This document shows positions 35,230 through 45,428 of a stretch of DNA of 64,000 nt, in pieces; position 1 is the stretch's first letter; each line of letters begins with the position of its first letter. Below the pieces are notes generated by a model. It worked only from the letters and a program-made list of their open reading frames with translations, did not search any database and was not told the origin of the DNA. The translations under genes and the position numbers were made by a program. The stretch is taken from NCBI GenBank assembly GCA_047602405.1, contig JASGHJ010000002.1, positions 416,001-480,000 of the forward strand, written 5' to 3'. This stretch comes from Anaeromyxobacteraceae bacterium. GTDB lineage: Bacteria > Myxococcota > Myxococcia > Myxococcales > Anaeromyxobacteraceae.

Positions 35230-37478
35230 GCCTTCTCCACCTTCACCGCGCAGATCTTGAACTCCGGCTGGCGGGACACCGGGTCCACGGCGTCGATCGT
35301 GAGCAGGTTGCACATGCGATCGGGGTCGTGCATGTGCGCGAACACGAGCCCCTTCCTCGCGGTCGGCGTGACGCGGGTCCGGAACACCACGTTGCCGCGG
35401 CGGGAGGTGACCTTGACCGGGTCGCCCGACTTCACGCCCAGCGCCGCGGCGTCGTCCGGGTGGAGCTCGGCCAGCGTCTCGTAGTTCGCCTGGCGCAGCT
35501 CCCTGCAGTTGCGGGTCATCGTGCCGGTGTGCCAGTGCTCGATGATGCGCCCGGTGGTGAACCAGAGCGGGTACTCGGCGTCCACCACCTCCTCGGGCGC
35601 CTTCTGCGGGCGGAGCCACACCACCGCCTTCCTGTCGGGCCGGCCGTAGAACTGGATCCGGTCGGGCGCGTCGGCGGGGACGAGCGGGTCCTCGCCCTTC
35701 ACGTAGCGGCGGTTCGTACCGGGGTGGCCCTCGGCCGGGAGCGGCCAGAGGAGGCCGGGCGCCGCCTTCAGTCGGTCACGCGTCATGCCGGTGAAGTCGT
35801 AGGCGGTGCCCTTTGCGAGCGCGCGGAGCTCGTCCCAGGCGGCGGCGGGCGTGGCGGGCAGGAGCGCGCCGTGCCCGAGGCGCGCCGCGAGGTCGCGCAG
35901 GATGTCGAAGTCGGGACGGGCCTCGCCGAGCGGCTTCACGGCGCGCTCGAGGAGCTGGTAGCGCCGCTCGCCGCAGCCGTACACGCCCTCCTTCTCCGCC
36001 CAGAGCGCGGCCGGCAGCACCACGTCGGCGAGCTCGCTCGTGCGGGTGGGGTGGAAGGCCTCGGTCACCACCACGAAGGCGCCCTCCTTCTCGAGCGCCT
36101 TGCGGTAGCGGTTGGCGTTGGGGAGGCTCTGGCCCGGGTTCGTGCACATCACCCACATCGCCTTGAGCTTCCCCTCCTCGAGGGCGCGGAACATGTCGAT
36201 CGTCGCGAGCCCGGGCTTCGGGGCGATCGTGCCGGCCGGCACGTTCCAGAGCTTCTCGACCTCGGCGCGGTGCTTCTCGTTCGCGACCTGCCGCCCGTAG
36301 GGCAACAGGTGCGCGAGCGCGCCGCCGTCGCGGACGCCGCCGCACGCGTTCGGCTGGCCGGTGAGCGAGAACGGCGTCGAGCCGGGGAGGCCGATCTTGC
36401 CGGTGACGAGGTGGAGGTTGTGGACGAGGTTGTTCGCCCAGACCCCCTTCGTGCGCTGGTTGAGCCCCATGGTCCACATCGACATCGCGGTGCGGCCCTT
36501 CTCGCCGAACCACCGCGCCGCCTGGACGATGTCCTCGGCCCTGGCGCCGGAGAGCTCCGCGGCCTTCTCCGGGGTGTAGGCCGCGAGGAAGGCCCTGTAG
36601 TCGGCGAGCGCCTTGTTGGCCTCGGTGCCCTCGCCGAACGCGACGTGCCTCGCGATGAACGCCTCGTCGACGAGCCCCTCGGCGAAGAGGACGTTCGCCA
36701 TGGCGTTCAGGATGGCGAGGTCGGTGCCCGGGGTGAAGGAGATGTGCAGGTCGGCGACCCGCGAGGTGGGCGTGCGGCGCGGGTCGAGGACGATGATCTT
36801 CACGTCCTTCCCGGTCTGCTTCCGCTTCACGATCCGGCGGAAGATGATCGGGTGGGCCTCGGAGGTGTTCGACCCGATGAGCAGCATCACGTCGGCGTGG
36901 TCGATGTCCTCGTAGCAGCCCATCGGCTCGTCCTTGCCGTAGGTGCTCACGTAGCCGGCCACCGCGGAGGCCATGCAGAGGCGCGGGTTGCCGTCGACGT
37001 TGTTGGTGCGCAGGCCGGCCTTGAAGAGCTTGTTCGCCGCGTAGGTCTCCTCGGTGAGCCCCTGGCCCGACCCGTAGAAGCCGACCGCGTCGGGGCCGCC
37101 CTCGGCGATCGCGGCCTTGAAGCGCGAGGCGACGAGCGTCATCGCCTCCTCCCAGCTCGCCCGGACGAGCTTCCCGTCCTTGCGCACGAGCGGGTGGGTG
37201 AGGCGGTCCCCCGCGTTCATGATCTGCGGCAGCAGGAAGCCCTTGAGGCACAGGAAGCCGGCGTTGTGGTTCTTCGGGTCGCCCTTCACGGAGACGACCT
37301 TGCCGTCCTTCGCGCCGACGAAGAGGCCGCAGCCGGTGCCGCAGTAGCGGCAGACGCTCTTCGTCCAGGTGAGGCCCTCGGGGTCGGCGGGCGCGGCCTG
37401 CGCGCGCGAGCCGATCGCGACGAGCGCCGAGGCGGCGGCGGAGGCCTTGAGGAAGTCGCGGCGGTTCATGGAGCTCAT
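35226..37478 (-). CDS. napA: Periplasmic nitrate reductase catalytic subunit (short form)
   Basis: Tat RRDFLK; CRYCGTGC; NPRLCMASAV; SLTGQPNACG; TTGRIIEHWHTGTMT; PEFKICAV. Confidence 0.95.
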   Translation of the reverse strand: MSSMNRRDFLKASAAASALVAIGSRAQAAPADPEGLTWTKSVCRYCGTGCGLFVGAKDGKVVSVKGDPKNHNAGFLCLKGFLLPQIMNAGDRLTHPLVRKDGKLVRASWEEAMTLVASRFKAAIAEGGPDAVGFYGSGQGLTEETYAANKLFKAGLRTNNVDGNPRLCMASAVAGYVSTYGKDEPMGCYEDIDHADVMLLIGSNTSEAHPIIFRRIVKRKQTGKDVKIIVLDPRRTPTSRVADLHISFTPGTDLAILNAMANVLFAEGLVDEAFIARHVAFGEGTEANKALADYRAFLAAYTPEKAAELSGARAEDIVQAARWFGEKGRTAMSMWTMGLNQRTKGVWANNLVHNLHLVTGKIGLPGSTPFSLTGQPNACGGVRDGGALAHLLPYGRQVANEKHRAEVEKLWNVPAGTIAPKPGLATIDMFRALEEGKLKAMWVMCTNPGQSLPNANRYRKALEKEGAFVVVTEAFHPTRTSELADVVLPAALWAEKEGVYGCGERRYQLLERAVKPLGEARPDFDILRDLAARLGHGALLPATPAAAWDELRALAKGTAYDFTGMTRDRLKAAPGLLWPLPAEGHPGTNRRYVKGEDPLVPADAPDRIQFYGRPDRKAVVWLRPQKAPEEVVDAEYPLWFTTGRIIEHWHTGTMTRNCRELRQANYETLAELHPDDAAALGVKSGDPVKVTSRRGNVVFRTRVTPTARKGLVFAHMHDPDRMCNLLTIDAVDPVSRQPEFKICAVKVEKA

Positions 37479-37491
37479 GGCGTCCTCGGGA

Positions 37492-37842
37492 TCAGCGGTG
37501 CGGGTTGGCGGTGAGGTCGTGCGGTGCGTGGCAGGCGAAGCAGTCCTTCACGGGCTTCTTCGCGAGCGCCTCGGCCTGGGCCGGGTGGCAGGAGCGGCAG
37601 GCCGTCGCGGCGGGCCGCGCCTTGAAGTCGGCGCCGGTCGAGCCGTGGCACGCGACGCACTTCACGAGGGCGAGCCCGTGGGGCGAGCCCTCCCACGCGG
37701 CGAAGACCTTCTCGGTGTCGGTGCGGTGGCAGGTCGCGCACTCCGGCTCGCCCTTCGTGTCGAGGTGGCGCCTCGCTCCGGCCGCGAGGGCCGGGGCGGC
37801 GAACGAGAGGGCGGCGAGCGCGACGAGGATGCGGGATCGCAT
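37492..37842 (-). CDS. Tetraheme cytochrome c (NapM-like)
   Basis: Signal peptide; CATCH, CVACH, CRSCH, CFACH; first gene of the nap operon. Confidence 0.88.
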   Translation of the reverse strand: MRSRILVALAALSFAAPALAAGARRHLDTKGEPECATCHRTDTEKVFAAWEGSPHGLALVKCVACHGSTGADFKARPAATACRSCHPAQAEALAKKPVKDCFACHAPHDLTANPHR

Positions 37843-37874
37843 GGGGCCTCCGGGTGGTGGACCCGAGGAGGCGT

Positions 37875-37890
37875 AGCAACGCGTGCGCCA
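37875..37890 (-). promoter_or_regulatory. Sigma-54 promoter for the nap operon
   Basis: Minus-strand TGGCGCACGCGTTGCT, near-consensus. Confidence 0.75.
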
Positions 37891-37942
37891 GTCCCCGGGA
37901 GGCGGCGGGACGGGGGGTTACGGTCGGTGGAAGGGGCCGCGG

Positions 37943-37980
37943 TCGGATGCGCGGATCCGGGGCGCGGACCGGGCCATCTG
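37943..37980. promoter_or_regulatory. Candidate tandem enhancer sites upstream of nap
   Basis: CGGATG-CGCG-GATCCG (37944) and CGGACC-GGGC-CATCTG (37965), matching the nrf motif. Confidence 0.55.
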
Positions 37981-38004
37981 CGGCGGGGTGCCGCGGCGCG
38001 CTCA

Positions 38005-38080
38005 CGCATCGCGATCCCGATCGGGATCCTGGTCCGGATCGCGCTCCGACTACGATTCGCGATCCCGACTCCCGACTCCG
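38005..38080. repeat. Degenerate hexamer tandem repeat (NNGATC/CCGACT)
   Basis: GCGATC CCGATC GGGATC CTGGTC CGGATC GCGCTC ... GCGATC CCGACT. Confidence 0.65.
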
Positions 38081-38089
38081 GCCGCCCTC

Positions 38090-39471
<1,382 letters not shown>

Positions 39472-39475
<4 letters not shown>

Positions 39476-40824
39476 GTCGCCACCTCCGCCGCGGGCGCCG
39501 CGAGCCGGCGGAGCGAGAAGCGCAGGGTCGCGACCGTGCCGCCGCCCTCGCGGCGCGCGAGGTCGAAGCGCGCCCGGTGGACGCCCGCCGTCCGCTGCAC
39601 GATCACGAGGCCGAGGCCGGTGCCGTGGGTCTTCGTGGTGACGAACGGCCGCTGGACCTCCTCGAGCTTCTCCTCCGGGATCCCGCAGCCGCGGTCGCGC
39701 ACCTCCACGACCACCTCGCCGGTGCCGCCGTCGGACTCGAAGCGGCAGGCGAGCTCCGGCGGCTCGGCGCCCCCGGCGTCGAGCGCGTTCGCGAGCAGGT
39801 TCACGACCGCCTCGGTCACGAGCGGCGCGTCGAGGTCGAGGGGCGGGACGTTCTTCGCGAGGTCGAGCCGGATGGCGTCGGCGGGGAGGCCGCGCGCGAG
39901 CGCGGCCCGCTGGGCCGCCTCCCGCAGGATCCTGCCCACCGCCGTGGGCGAGTACACGGGCTCGATCGGCCGGGAGAGCCCGAGCAGCTCGGAGATGAAG
40001 CGGTTCACCCGCTCGACCTCCTCCCCGATGAGCGCGGCGTACTCCTTCACGTCCGGATCGTCCGGCAGCCGGCGGGCGAGGTACTGGGCCGCGCCGCCGA
40101 TCGCGTTCAGCGGGTTGCGCAGCTCGTGGGCGATCTGCGCGGACATCTGCCCGAGGCCGGCGAGCCGCTCCGCGTCGAGGAGCCGGGTCTCGAGGTGCCG
40201 CCGCTCGGCGATGTCGCGGATGACCATCACGGTGCCGAGGTACGCGCCGCCGCTCGACCGCACCGGCGCGTAGGTCGTCTCGAAGCGCCCCTCCTTCTCC
40301 TTGATGATGGAGTGGGCCGGCCCCGAGTCGTCCCCGGCCTGCAGCCAGCCCATGACGCGGTCGAGCATCGGCTTCGCTGCCGCGGGGTGGCAGTCGTCGA
40401 GCGCGCCGCCGGGGCCGTCCTTCAGGTTGCGCAGCGACCGGCCCGCCTTGTTGACGAGCGCGATCTGCCGCTGCGCGTCGATGAAGAGGAGGCCGTCGGC
40501 CATCGAGTCGATGACGGCCTGCATGGTCTCGAGCTCGGCCCGGCGGGCCGCCCGCTCGGCCTGGGCCTCCGCGAGGGCCGCCTCGGTCGCCCGGTTGCGC
40601 TCCGCCAGCGCCCGCAGCAGGAGCACGATCGCCAGGGTCGCGATGGCGATGGAGACCGCGGCGACGGTGGCGGTGCGCCAGGCCTCGCCGGCGAGGGCGG
40701 GGTCGAGCAGCGTCACGTCGCGCAGGAACAGGATCGCGGCGACGGTGGTGACGAGCGCGGCGAGCGCCACGAGCGCGAGCGCGAGGCGGGCGCCAGGGCC
40801 GAGGGCGCGGAGCATGCCGCGCAT
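39472..40824 (-). CDS. Membrane sensor histidine kinase with PAS domain
   Basis: Two TM helices, PAS with DCHP motif, IAHELRNPL, NLLANA, DRGCGI, GTGLGL. Confidence 0.92.
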
Positions 40825-40939
40825 CCTAGACCATGGCTCGCGCTCGGGGGGGCTTCGCCTGCCCGTTTCCGGATCGCGATCCTGCCGATGGGCCAGGGGG
40901 GTATCGACGCGGGCGCTCGCGAAGCGGTACGGTGGCTTC

Positions 40940-41146
40940 ATGGCCCGTAGCCCCGTCATCCCATCGCTGCCCGTGCGGCCCGTGACCTTCGTCGTCGGGA
41001 GCCACGAGATCGTGGTCACCAAGGTCGCGGAGCAGCGCTGGACGGCGGCCATCGACGGGCGGCCCCTGGACGGCTCGCACGCTACGCAGGCCGAGGCCTG
41101 GGAGTCGGGCGTGCGCGCGGCGTCGAAGATCGACGCGGGCGGCTGA
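40940..41146 (+). CDS. Small hypothetical protein
   Basis: 68-aa ORF with high GC3 codon usage; WTAAIDG...TQAEAWE motif. Confidence 0.55.
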   Translation: MARSPVIPSLPVRPVTFVVGSHEIVVTKVAEQRWTAAIDGRPLDGSHATQAEAWESGVRAASKIDAGG

Positions 41147-41158
41147 GGCCGGGAGCGG

Positions 41159-42250
41159 TCACCCGGTCAGCCGCTCGCGCAGCCGCGCGGCGACGGCCGG
41201 CAGGTCCTCGCGCCGCTTCACCGGCTCGAACCGCGAGGCCGCGGGCGGCTCGCGCGGCACCTCGAGGTAGGCGGCGGGCAGCGCCGGGCGGCCGTCCGGA
41301 CCGTCGACCGCGGTGATCTCGCCGGCCACCTGCTCGAGCTGGAGCACCTCCTGGCCCTCCACCGTCTTCTCCACGACGCGCCAGGGCAGCTCGACCGGCC
41401 CCGCGAGCACGCGGTCGAGGTCGAGCCACAGGTTGTTGGTCGAGATGAGGGGATGGCCCGCCGGCTCCACCTGCTCGACGAGCCGCACCCGGCCGCCGAG
41501 GCGCACCGGGGCCGCGCCGGCGTCGAGCGCGCCCGCCGGGCTCCGGCGGGCGGTCACCTCGACCGTGAGGGCGGCGCCGAGCGCGAGGTGCGCACCGAGC
41601 GGCACCGGGTCGAGGGTGGCGGCGAGGTTGTCCACGTTCGAGAAGAGCAGCGTCCGGACGCCGCGGGCGCGGAGCGCCTCGCCCACGCCGGAGTCGCGGA
41701 GCGCCCGGAACACGTCGCCGTGGCCGGCGGGCGCGAGCGAGGGGCGCCCGCCGGCGTCGAGCCAGAGCTCGAGCGCGCGGGTGAGGCGCGGCAGGGAGCG
41801 CTGGCGGAACACCAGCACCTCCTCGGCGCCCGCCACCTCGGCGTCGACCGCCTCCTGGGTCGACGCCGACGTCATGATCGCGACGGGGGCCGGCCGGCCC
41901 GCGGCGTCGCCCGCCCGCCGCGCGTCCTCCAGCTTGAGCGCGACGAAGGTCCGGTCCCCGAGGACCGGCACGAGCGCCTTCACCGCCGCGCCGAACCGGG
42001 TCCCGGCCCCGCCCGCGACGACCAGGCTCCCGACCTCGCCCCGGCGGAGCGCCTCCTCTCCGGTCGCCTCCAGCTCCGCCCAGCGCGGCCCGCCCTCGAG
42101 CGGCCACGGCTCCACGTCGCCCGGGCGGAGCGGCTCCTCGACGCCGGGCGGCCGACCGCCCAGCTCGCCCCGTCGCAGCTTGCGCAGCACCCGCTCGAAC
42201 GCCTCGCGCTCGGGCGCCTCCAGCGAGCCCCCCAGGATCGCCTCGTCCAT
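41159..42250 (-). CDS. UDPGP-family UTP-sugar-1-phosphate uridylyltransferase
   Basis: VAGGAGTRFG..VK, PAGHGDV, FSNVDNL, RF.PVK motifs. Confidence 0.88.
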   Translation of the reverse strand: MDEAILGGSLEAPEREAFERVLRKLRRGELGGRPPGVEEPLRPGDVEPWPLEGGPRWAELEATGEEALRRGEVGSLVVAGGAGTRFGAAVKALVPVLGDRTFVALKLEDARRAGDAAGRPAPVAIMTSASTQEAVDAEVAGAEEVLVFRQRSLPRLTRALELWLDAGGRPSLAPAGHGDVFRALRDSGVGEALRARGVRTLLFSNVDNLAATLDPVPLGAHLALGAALTVEVTARRSPAGALDAGAAPVRLGGRVRLVEQVEPAGHPLISTNNLWLDLDRVLAGPVELPWRVVEKTVEGQEVLQLEQVAGEITAVDGPDGRPALPAAYLEVPREPPAASRFEPVKRREDLPAVAARLRERLTG

Positions 42251-42320
42251 GCCCGAAGTTGGGGCAGGACGAGGCGGTCAGCAGCCGCCCGACGGGCGCC
42301 CGGCCGGCGGACGCAGGGAC

Positions 42321-42869
42321 CTAGAAGCGGTACGCGAGGCTCGCGAACGGCGCGAGGTTGCCGCGCGTCTCGGACTCGCCGTACGGGCCGCCCGAGGTCA
42401 GCTCGTGGCGCAGCGTGAGGCCCACGTCGAGCGCGCCCCGGCGGAGCGTCGCGCCGACCGCCGAGTAGAAGTGGAAGTCGGTCTGGGTCTCGAGGCCGGC
42501 GTGCCGGAAGTCATAGGTGCGCGTGCCGACGCCCACGCCGGCGAACGGCTTCAGGGTCCACGCGGCGCCGAGCGCGTACGGCAGCTGGCCCTGCAGGCCG
42601 ATGTCCCACTGGAACAGGTCGAGCGCCTCGCCCGCGCTCTTCGTGCCGGCCCAAGCGAGGGAGCCCACGAACGCGACGTTCGGGTGGAAGTCGTAGGTGC
42701 CGACGAGGCCGAGGAGGAGCGCGCGGTCGAGCGACTGGCGCTGGTCGAGGATCGGCAGGTAGGCGCCGACGAGCGGTGCGACCTCGATGCGCGCGGAGGG
42801 CTCCTCGGCGCGGGCAGGGACGGCGGTGAGGACGGCGAGGGCGGCGGCGATGGCGAGGACGTTCTTCAT
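42321..42869 (-). CDS. Small outer-membrane beta-barrel protein
   Basis: Signal peptide, amphipathic strands, C-terminal YRF. Confidence 0.75.
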   Translation of the reverse strand: MKNVLAIAAALAVLTAVPARAEEPSARIEVAPLVGAYLPILDQRQSLDRALLLGLVGTYDFHPNVAFVGSLAWAGTKSAGEALDLFQWDIGLQGQLPYALGAAWTLKPFAGVGVGTRTYDFRHAGLETQTDFHFYSAVGATLRRGALDVGLTLRHELTSGGPYGESETRGNLAPFASLAYRF

Positions 42870-42915
42870 GACGGTGTTCCTTCCGGGGTCGATGGACGGC
42901 ACGGGCCTCACGGAT

Positions 42916-42961
42916 TGCACGCGCCGGGCCGGGCCCGGGGCGCAGGTAACCACCTGGTTAC
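42916..42961 (-). promoter_or_regulatory. Putative sigma-54 promoter plus palindromic operator
   Basis: Minus-strand CGGCCCGGCGCGTGCA (42916-42931); GTAACCA-CC-TGGTTAC (42946-42961). Confidence 0.4.
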
Positions 42962-43067
42962 TTTGAACCCGGCCGGACCCCACCGTCAAGGGGTGCGAAC
43001 AGCGCGTTCGGAAGTGCTTACAGGTCCCGGCGGCCGGGGCCCTCGCCGCGGGGTGCGGCGGACCGCC

Positions 43068-44288
43068 CTACGGGCACTCCAGCGGGTCGGGCGCCGCGGC
43101 GAGCGTCGAGGTGCCGTCGGTCGTGCAGGTGACCCCGCAGGGCAGGCAGCTGCCGGCGCCGGGTGACGGGTAGGCGCAGTAGAAGGCGCTCGTCGCGCAG
43201 GCGGTGGGCGCGCAGAACTCGATGGCGGAGGCGGGGCAGAAGCTCACCGACGCGGGGACGAGCCCGGCGGGCGGCGCGAAGCCGGTCGCGCAGACCCCGG
43301 AGGTGCAGGTGCCCGTGCAGGAGCCGTCGAGGCAGGCGCAGTCGGCGGCGCCGGTGCACGCGCGGGCGGCGCGGGTCGCGACGTCGGGCTTCACGAAGTA
43401 GAGGGTGCCGCCGTCGGCCACGAGGTCGGCGATCACCACGAGCTCGAGCCCCGCGCCCGGGCCGTCGAGCGCGGCCGGGCCCTGCGCCTTCACGACGTAG
43501 TGGCCCTCGGGGACGGTGACGTCCACGAGGCCGGTCGAGTCGGCCACCGCGCCCGGCAGGCCGGTGATCGTGACCGCGCCCGCCCCGAGGTCGGCGCCGA
43601 CGCCGCGCACGCGGAGCTGCGCGCGGCCGTTGCCGGCCGCGGCGTGGAGCGTGACCGGGGCGAGGTCGATGACCTTGCCGGCGTCCGCCTCCCCGAGCGC
43701 GAGCACGACCGGCCCGCCCACGAAGTGGCCGAGGACGCCGGCCGTGTCGCCGAGCACGTACAGCTTCAGCCGGTGGTCGCCGGCCGACAGCACCGGGAAC
43801 GAGAACGCGCCGGAGGCGTCGATGCGCGCGGTGGCGCCCGAGACCTCGTCCACCGCCACGCCCCAGCGCCGCACCGCGCCGCCCGCGAGCGGCAGGTCGG
43901 CCTGGCCGGTCACCGCGACCGCCTTCGGGAGCAGCACGTCCCCGAGCGCGAGCCCCTCGAGCTGACCGTCCTTGCCGAACGCGATCTCCACCTCGCGCTC
44001 GGCGGCGAGCGCCGTCCCCCTGCGGAGGAGGACGGTGTGCCGCCCGGTGGGCAGCGGCGAGAGCGAGAACAGCCCGGTCGCGCGCGAGGCCTGGCTGAGC
44101 GCCGCGCCCTTCAGCGTCACGGTCACGCCCGCGGCGGCCCCCGTGGTGCCGTTCCGATCGGCGACCGCGCGGCCGCGGACCTCGCCCGCCGAGAGCGCCT
44201 CGGCGGCGTTCCGGTAGTCGTAGCTGCACGCGCCGAGCGCGAGCGCCGCGGCGACCGCCGCCGCGGCAGGAGCGGGGCCGGAGCGCAT
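43068..44288 (-). CDS. Lipoprotein with carboxypeptidase-regulatory-like beta-sandwich domains and Cys-rich C-terminus
   Basis: Lipobox LGAC; paralogue of the N-terminal half of 45429-48122. Confidence 0.75.
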   Translation of the reverse strand: MRSGPAPAAAAVAAALALGACSYDYRNAAEALSAGEVRGRAVADRNGTTGAAAGVTVTLKGAALSQASRATGLFSLSPLPTGRHTVLLRRGTALAAEREVEIAFGKDGQLEGLALGDVLLPKAVAVTGQADLPLAGGAVRRWGVAVDEVSGATARIDASGAFSFPVLSAGDHRLKLYVLGDTAGVLGHFVGGPVVLALGEADAGKVIDLAPVTLHAAAGNGRAQLRVRGVGADLGAGAVTITGLPGAVADSTGLVDVTVPEGHYVVKAQGPAALDGPGAGLELVVIADLVADGGTLYFVKPDVATRAARACTGAADCACLDGSCTGTCTSGVCATGFAPPAGLVPASVSFCPASAIEFCAPTACATSAFYCAYPSPGAGSCLPCGVTCTTDGTSTLAAAPDPLECP

Positions 44289-45418
44289 CAGAACCGCCCC
44301 CCGACCGCGATCATCGCGCCGCCGGGCACGGGCACCGGCACCACCGTGGCGGTGCCGTCGGCGAGCTCGCGGGCCGCCCGCGCGTCCTGGATCGCGGCGG
44401 TGGTGAGGAGCGCGCCCGCCGCCACCGCGCCGGCGCCGGCGAGCCCCCAGGACGTGTTCGCGAGCGTCGCCCGGAACCTCGTCTGGTCGCGCAGGTCGAC
44501 CGCCTGCGAGCGGCTGGTGGTGGCCTTGTAGTCCTGGTACTTCGCGTCGGCCATCCGGCCGAAGACGATCCCGCCGACGGTGCCCGCGGCGGCGAGCCCC
44601 GCGGACGCCCAGCCCCAGCTCCACAGCCGCGAGCGCGCCGACTCGCCGAGGAGCGCGAGCGGCACGAGCTGGACGTCGACGAGCGCGTCCTGGCCCGCGC
44701 GCACCGTCACGGTCTGCGAGGCGCGCACGAAGCCCTTCTTCTGGATGACCACGCTGTGCGGCCCCTCGAGGAGCCGCGCCGCCTGCACCGGCGAGTCGCC
44801 GAGGGCCTTGCCGTCGAGCGTGACGGCCGCGCCCGGGCGGTCGACCCGGATGCGGAGCGTGCCGGTGGTGTCGAGCTTCTGGCCGGTGACCGCCTCGTGC
44901 GCGAGCCGCCGGGCCGCGTCGGCGAGCTCGGCCTCGGTGGGGTCGACGAGCGTCGTGGTGGCGCGGGCGAGGGAGCGACCCTCCTTGACGTCCACGTACT
45001 TCACCGATAGGAGCGCGGTGCGGTCGAGGAGCGTGAGCGAGCCCGCGAGCACCCGGTTGGCCTCGGTGGCGCCGGTGAGCCTGGAGAGGCAGGCCACCTC
45101 GTCGCCGCAGCCGAGCATCTGCTTCATCCGGTCGAGGCCGAGGGCGGCGACGATCTCCGACTGCGAGAGGACCGCCGCGTCCGGCGCGGCCTGCGCACCC
45201 TGCGCGGCCGCGTCGGAGAGCACCCGCGCGAGGTCGGGGTGGGCGGAGCCGGCGAGCGTGAAGTCGGGCACGACGAGCCGGTTGGCCTTGACGGGCGGCT
45301 TCGGCGCCGTGACCGGCCGGGTGCCGGCCGGGGGCGGCGGGAGGGGGGGCGGCGGCAGCGGGACCGCCTGCGCGAGCGCGACGGCCGGGAGGAGCGTGGC
45401 GAGGGCGAGGGCTCTCAA
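44288..45418 (-). CDS. PEGA-domain protein
   Basis: Signal peptide; LGC.D..ACL; GTLRIRVDRPGAAVTLDG...GPHSVVIQKKGF; two C-terminal hydrophobic helices; ends GGRF. Confidence 0.85.
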   Translation of the reverse strand: MRALALATLLPAVALAQAVPLPPPPLPPPPAGTRPVTAPKPPVKANRLVVPDFTLAGSAHPDLARVLSDAAAQGAQAAPDAAVLSQSEIVAALGLDRMKQMLGCGDEVACLSRLTGATEANRVLAGSLTLLDRTALLSVKYVDVKEGRSLARATTTLVDPTEAELADAARRLAHEAVTGQKLDTTGTLRIRVDRPGAAVTLDGKALGDSPVQAARLLEGPHSVVIQKKGFVRASQTVTVRAGQDALVDVQLVPLALLGESARSRLWSWGWASAGLAAAGTVGGIVFGRMADAKYQDYKATTSRSQAVDLRDQTRFRATLANTSWGLAGAGAVAAGALLTTAAIQDARAARELADGTATVVPVPVPGGAMIAVGGRF

Positions 45419-45428
45419 GGTGATCTCC

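Noticed and set aside
38005..38080. Possible CRISPR or iteron array
   Set aside because: 6-bp degenerate periodicity without spacers; no cas or rep genes.
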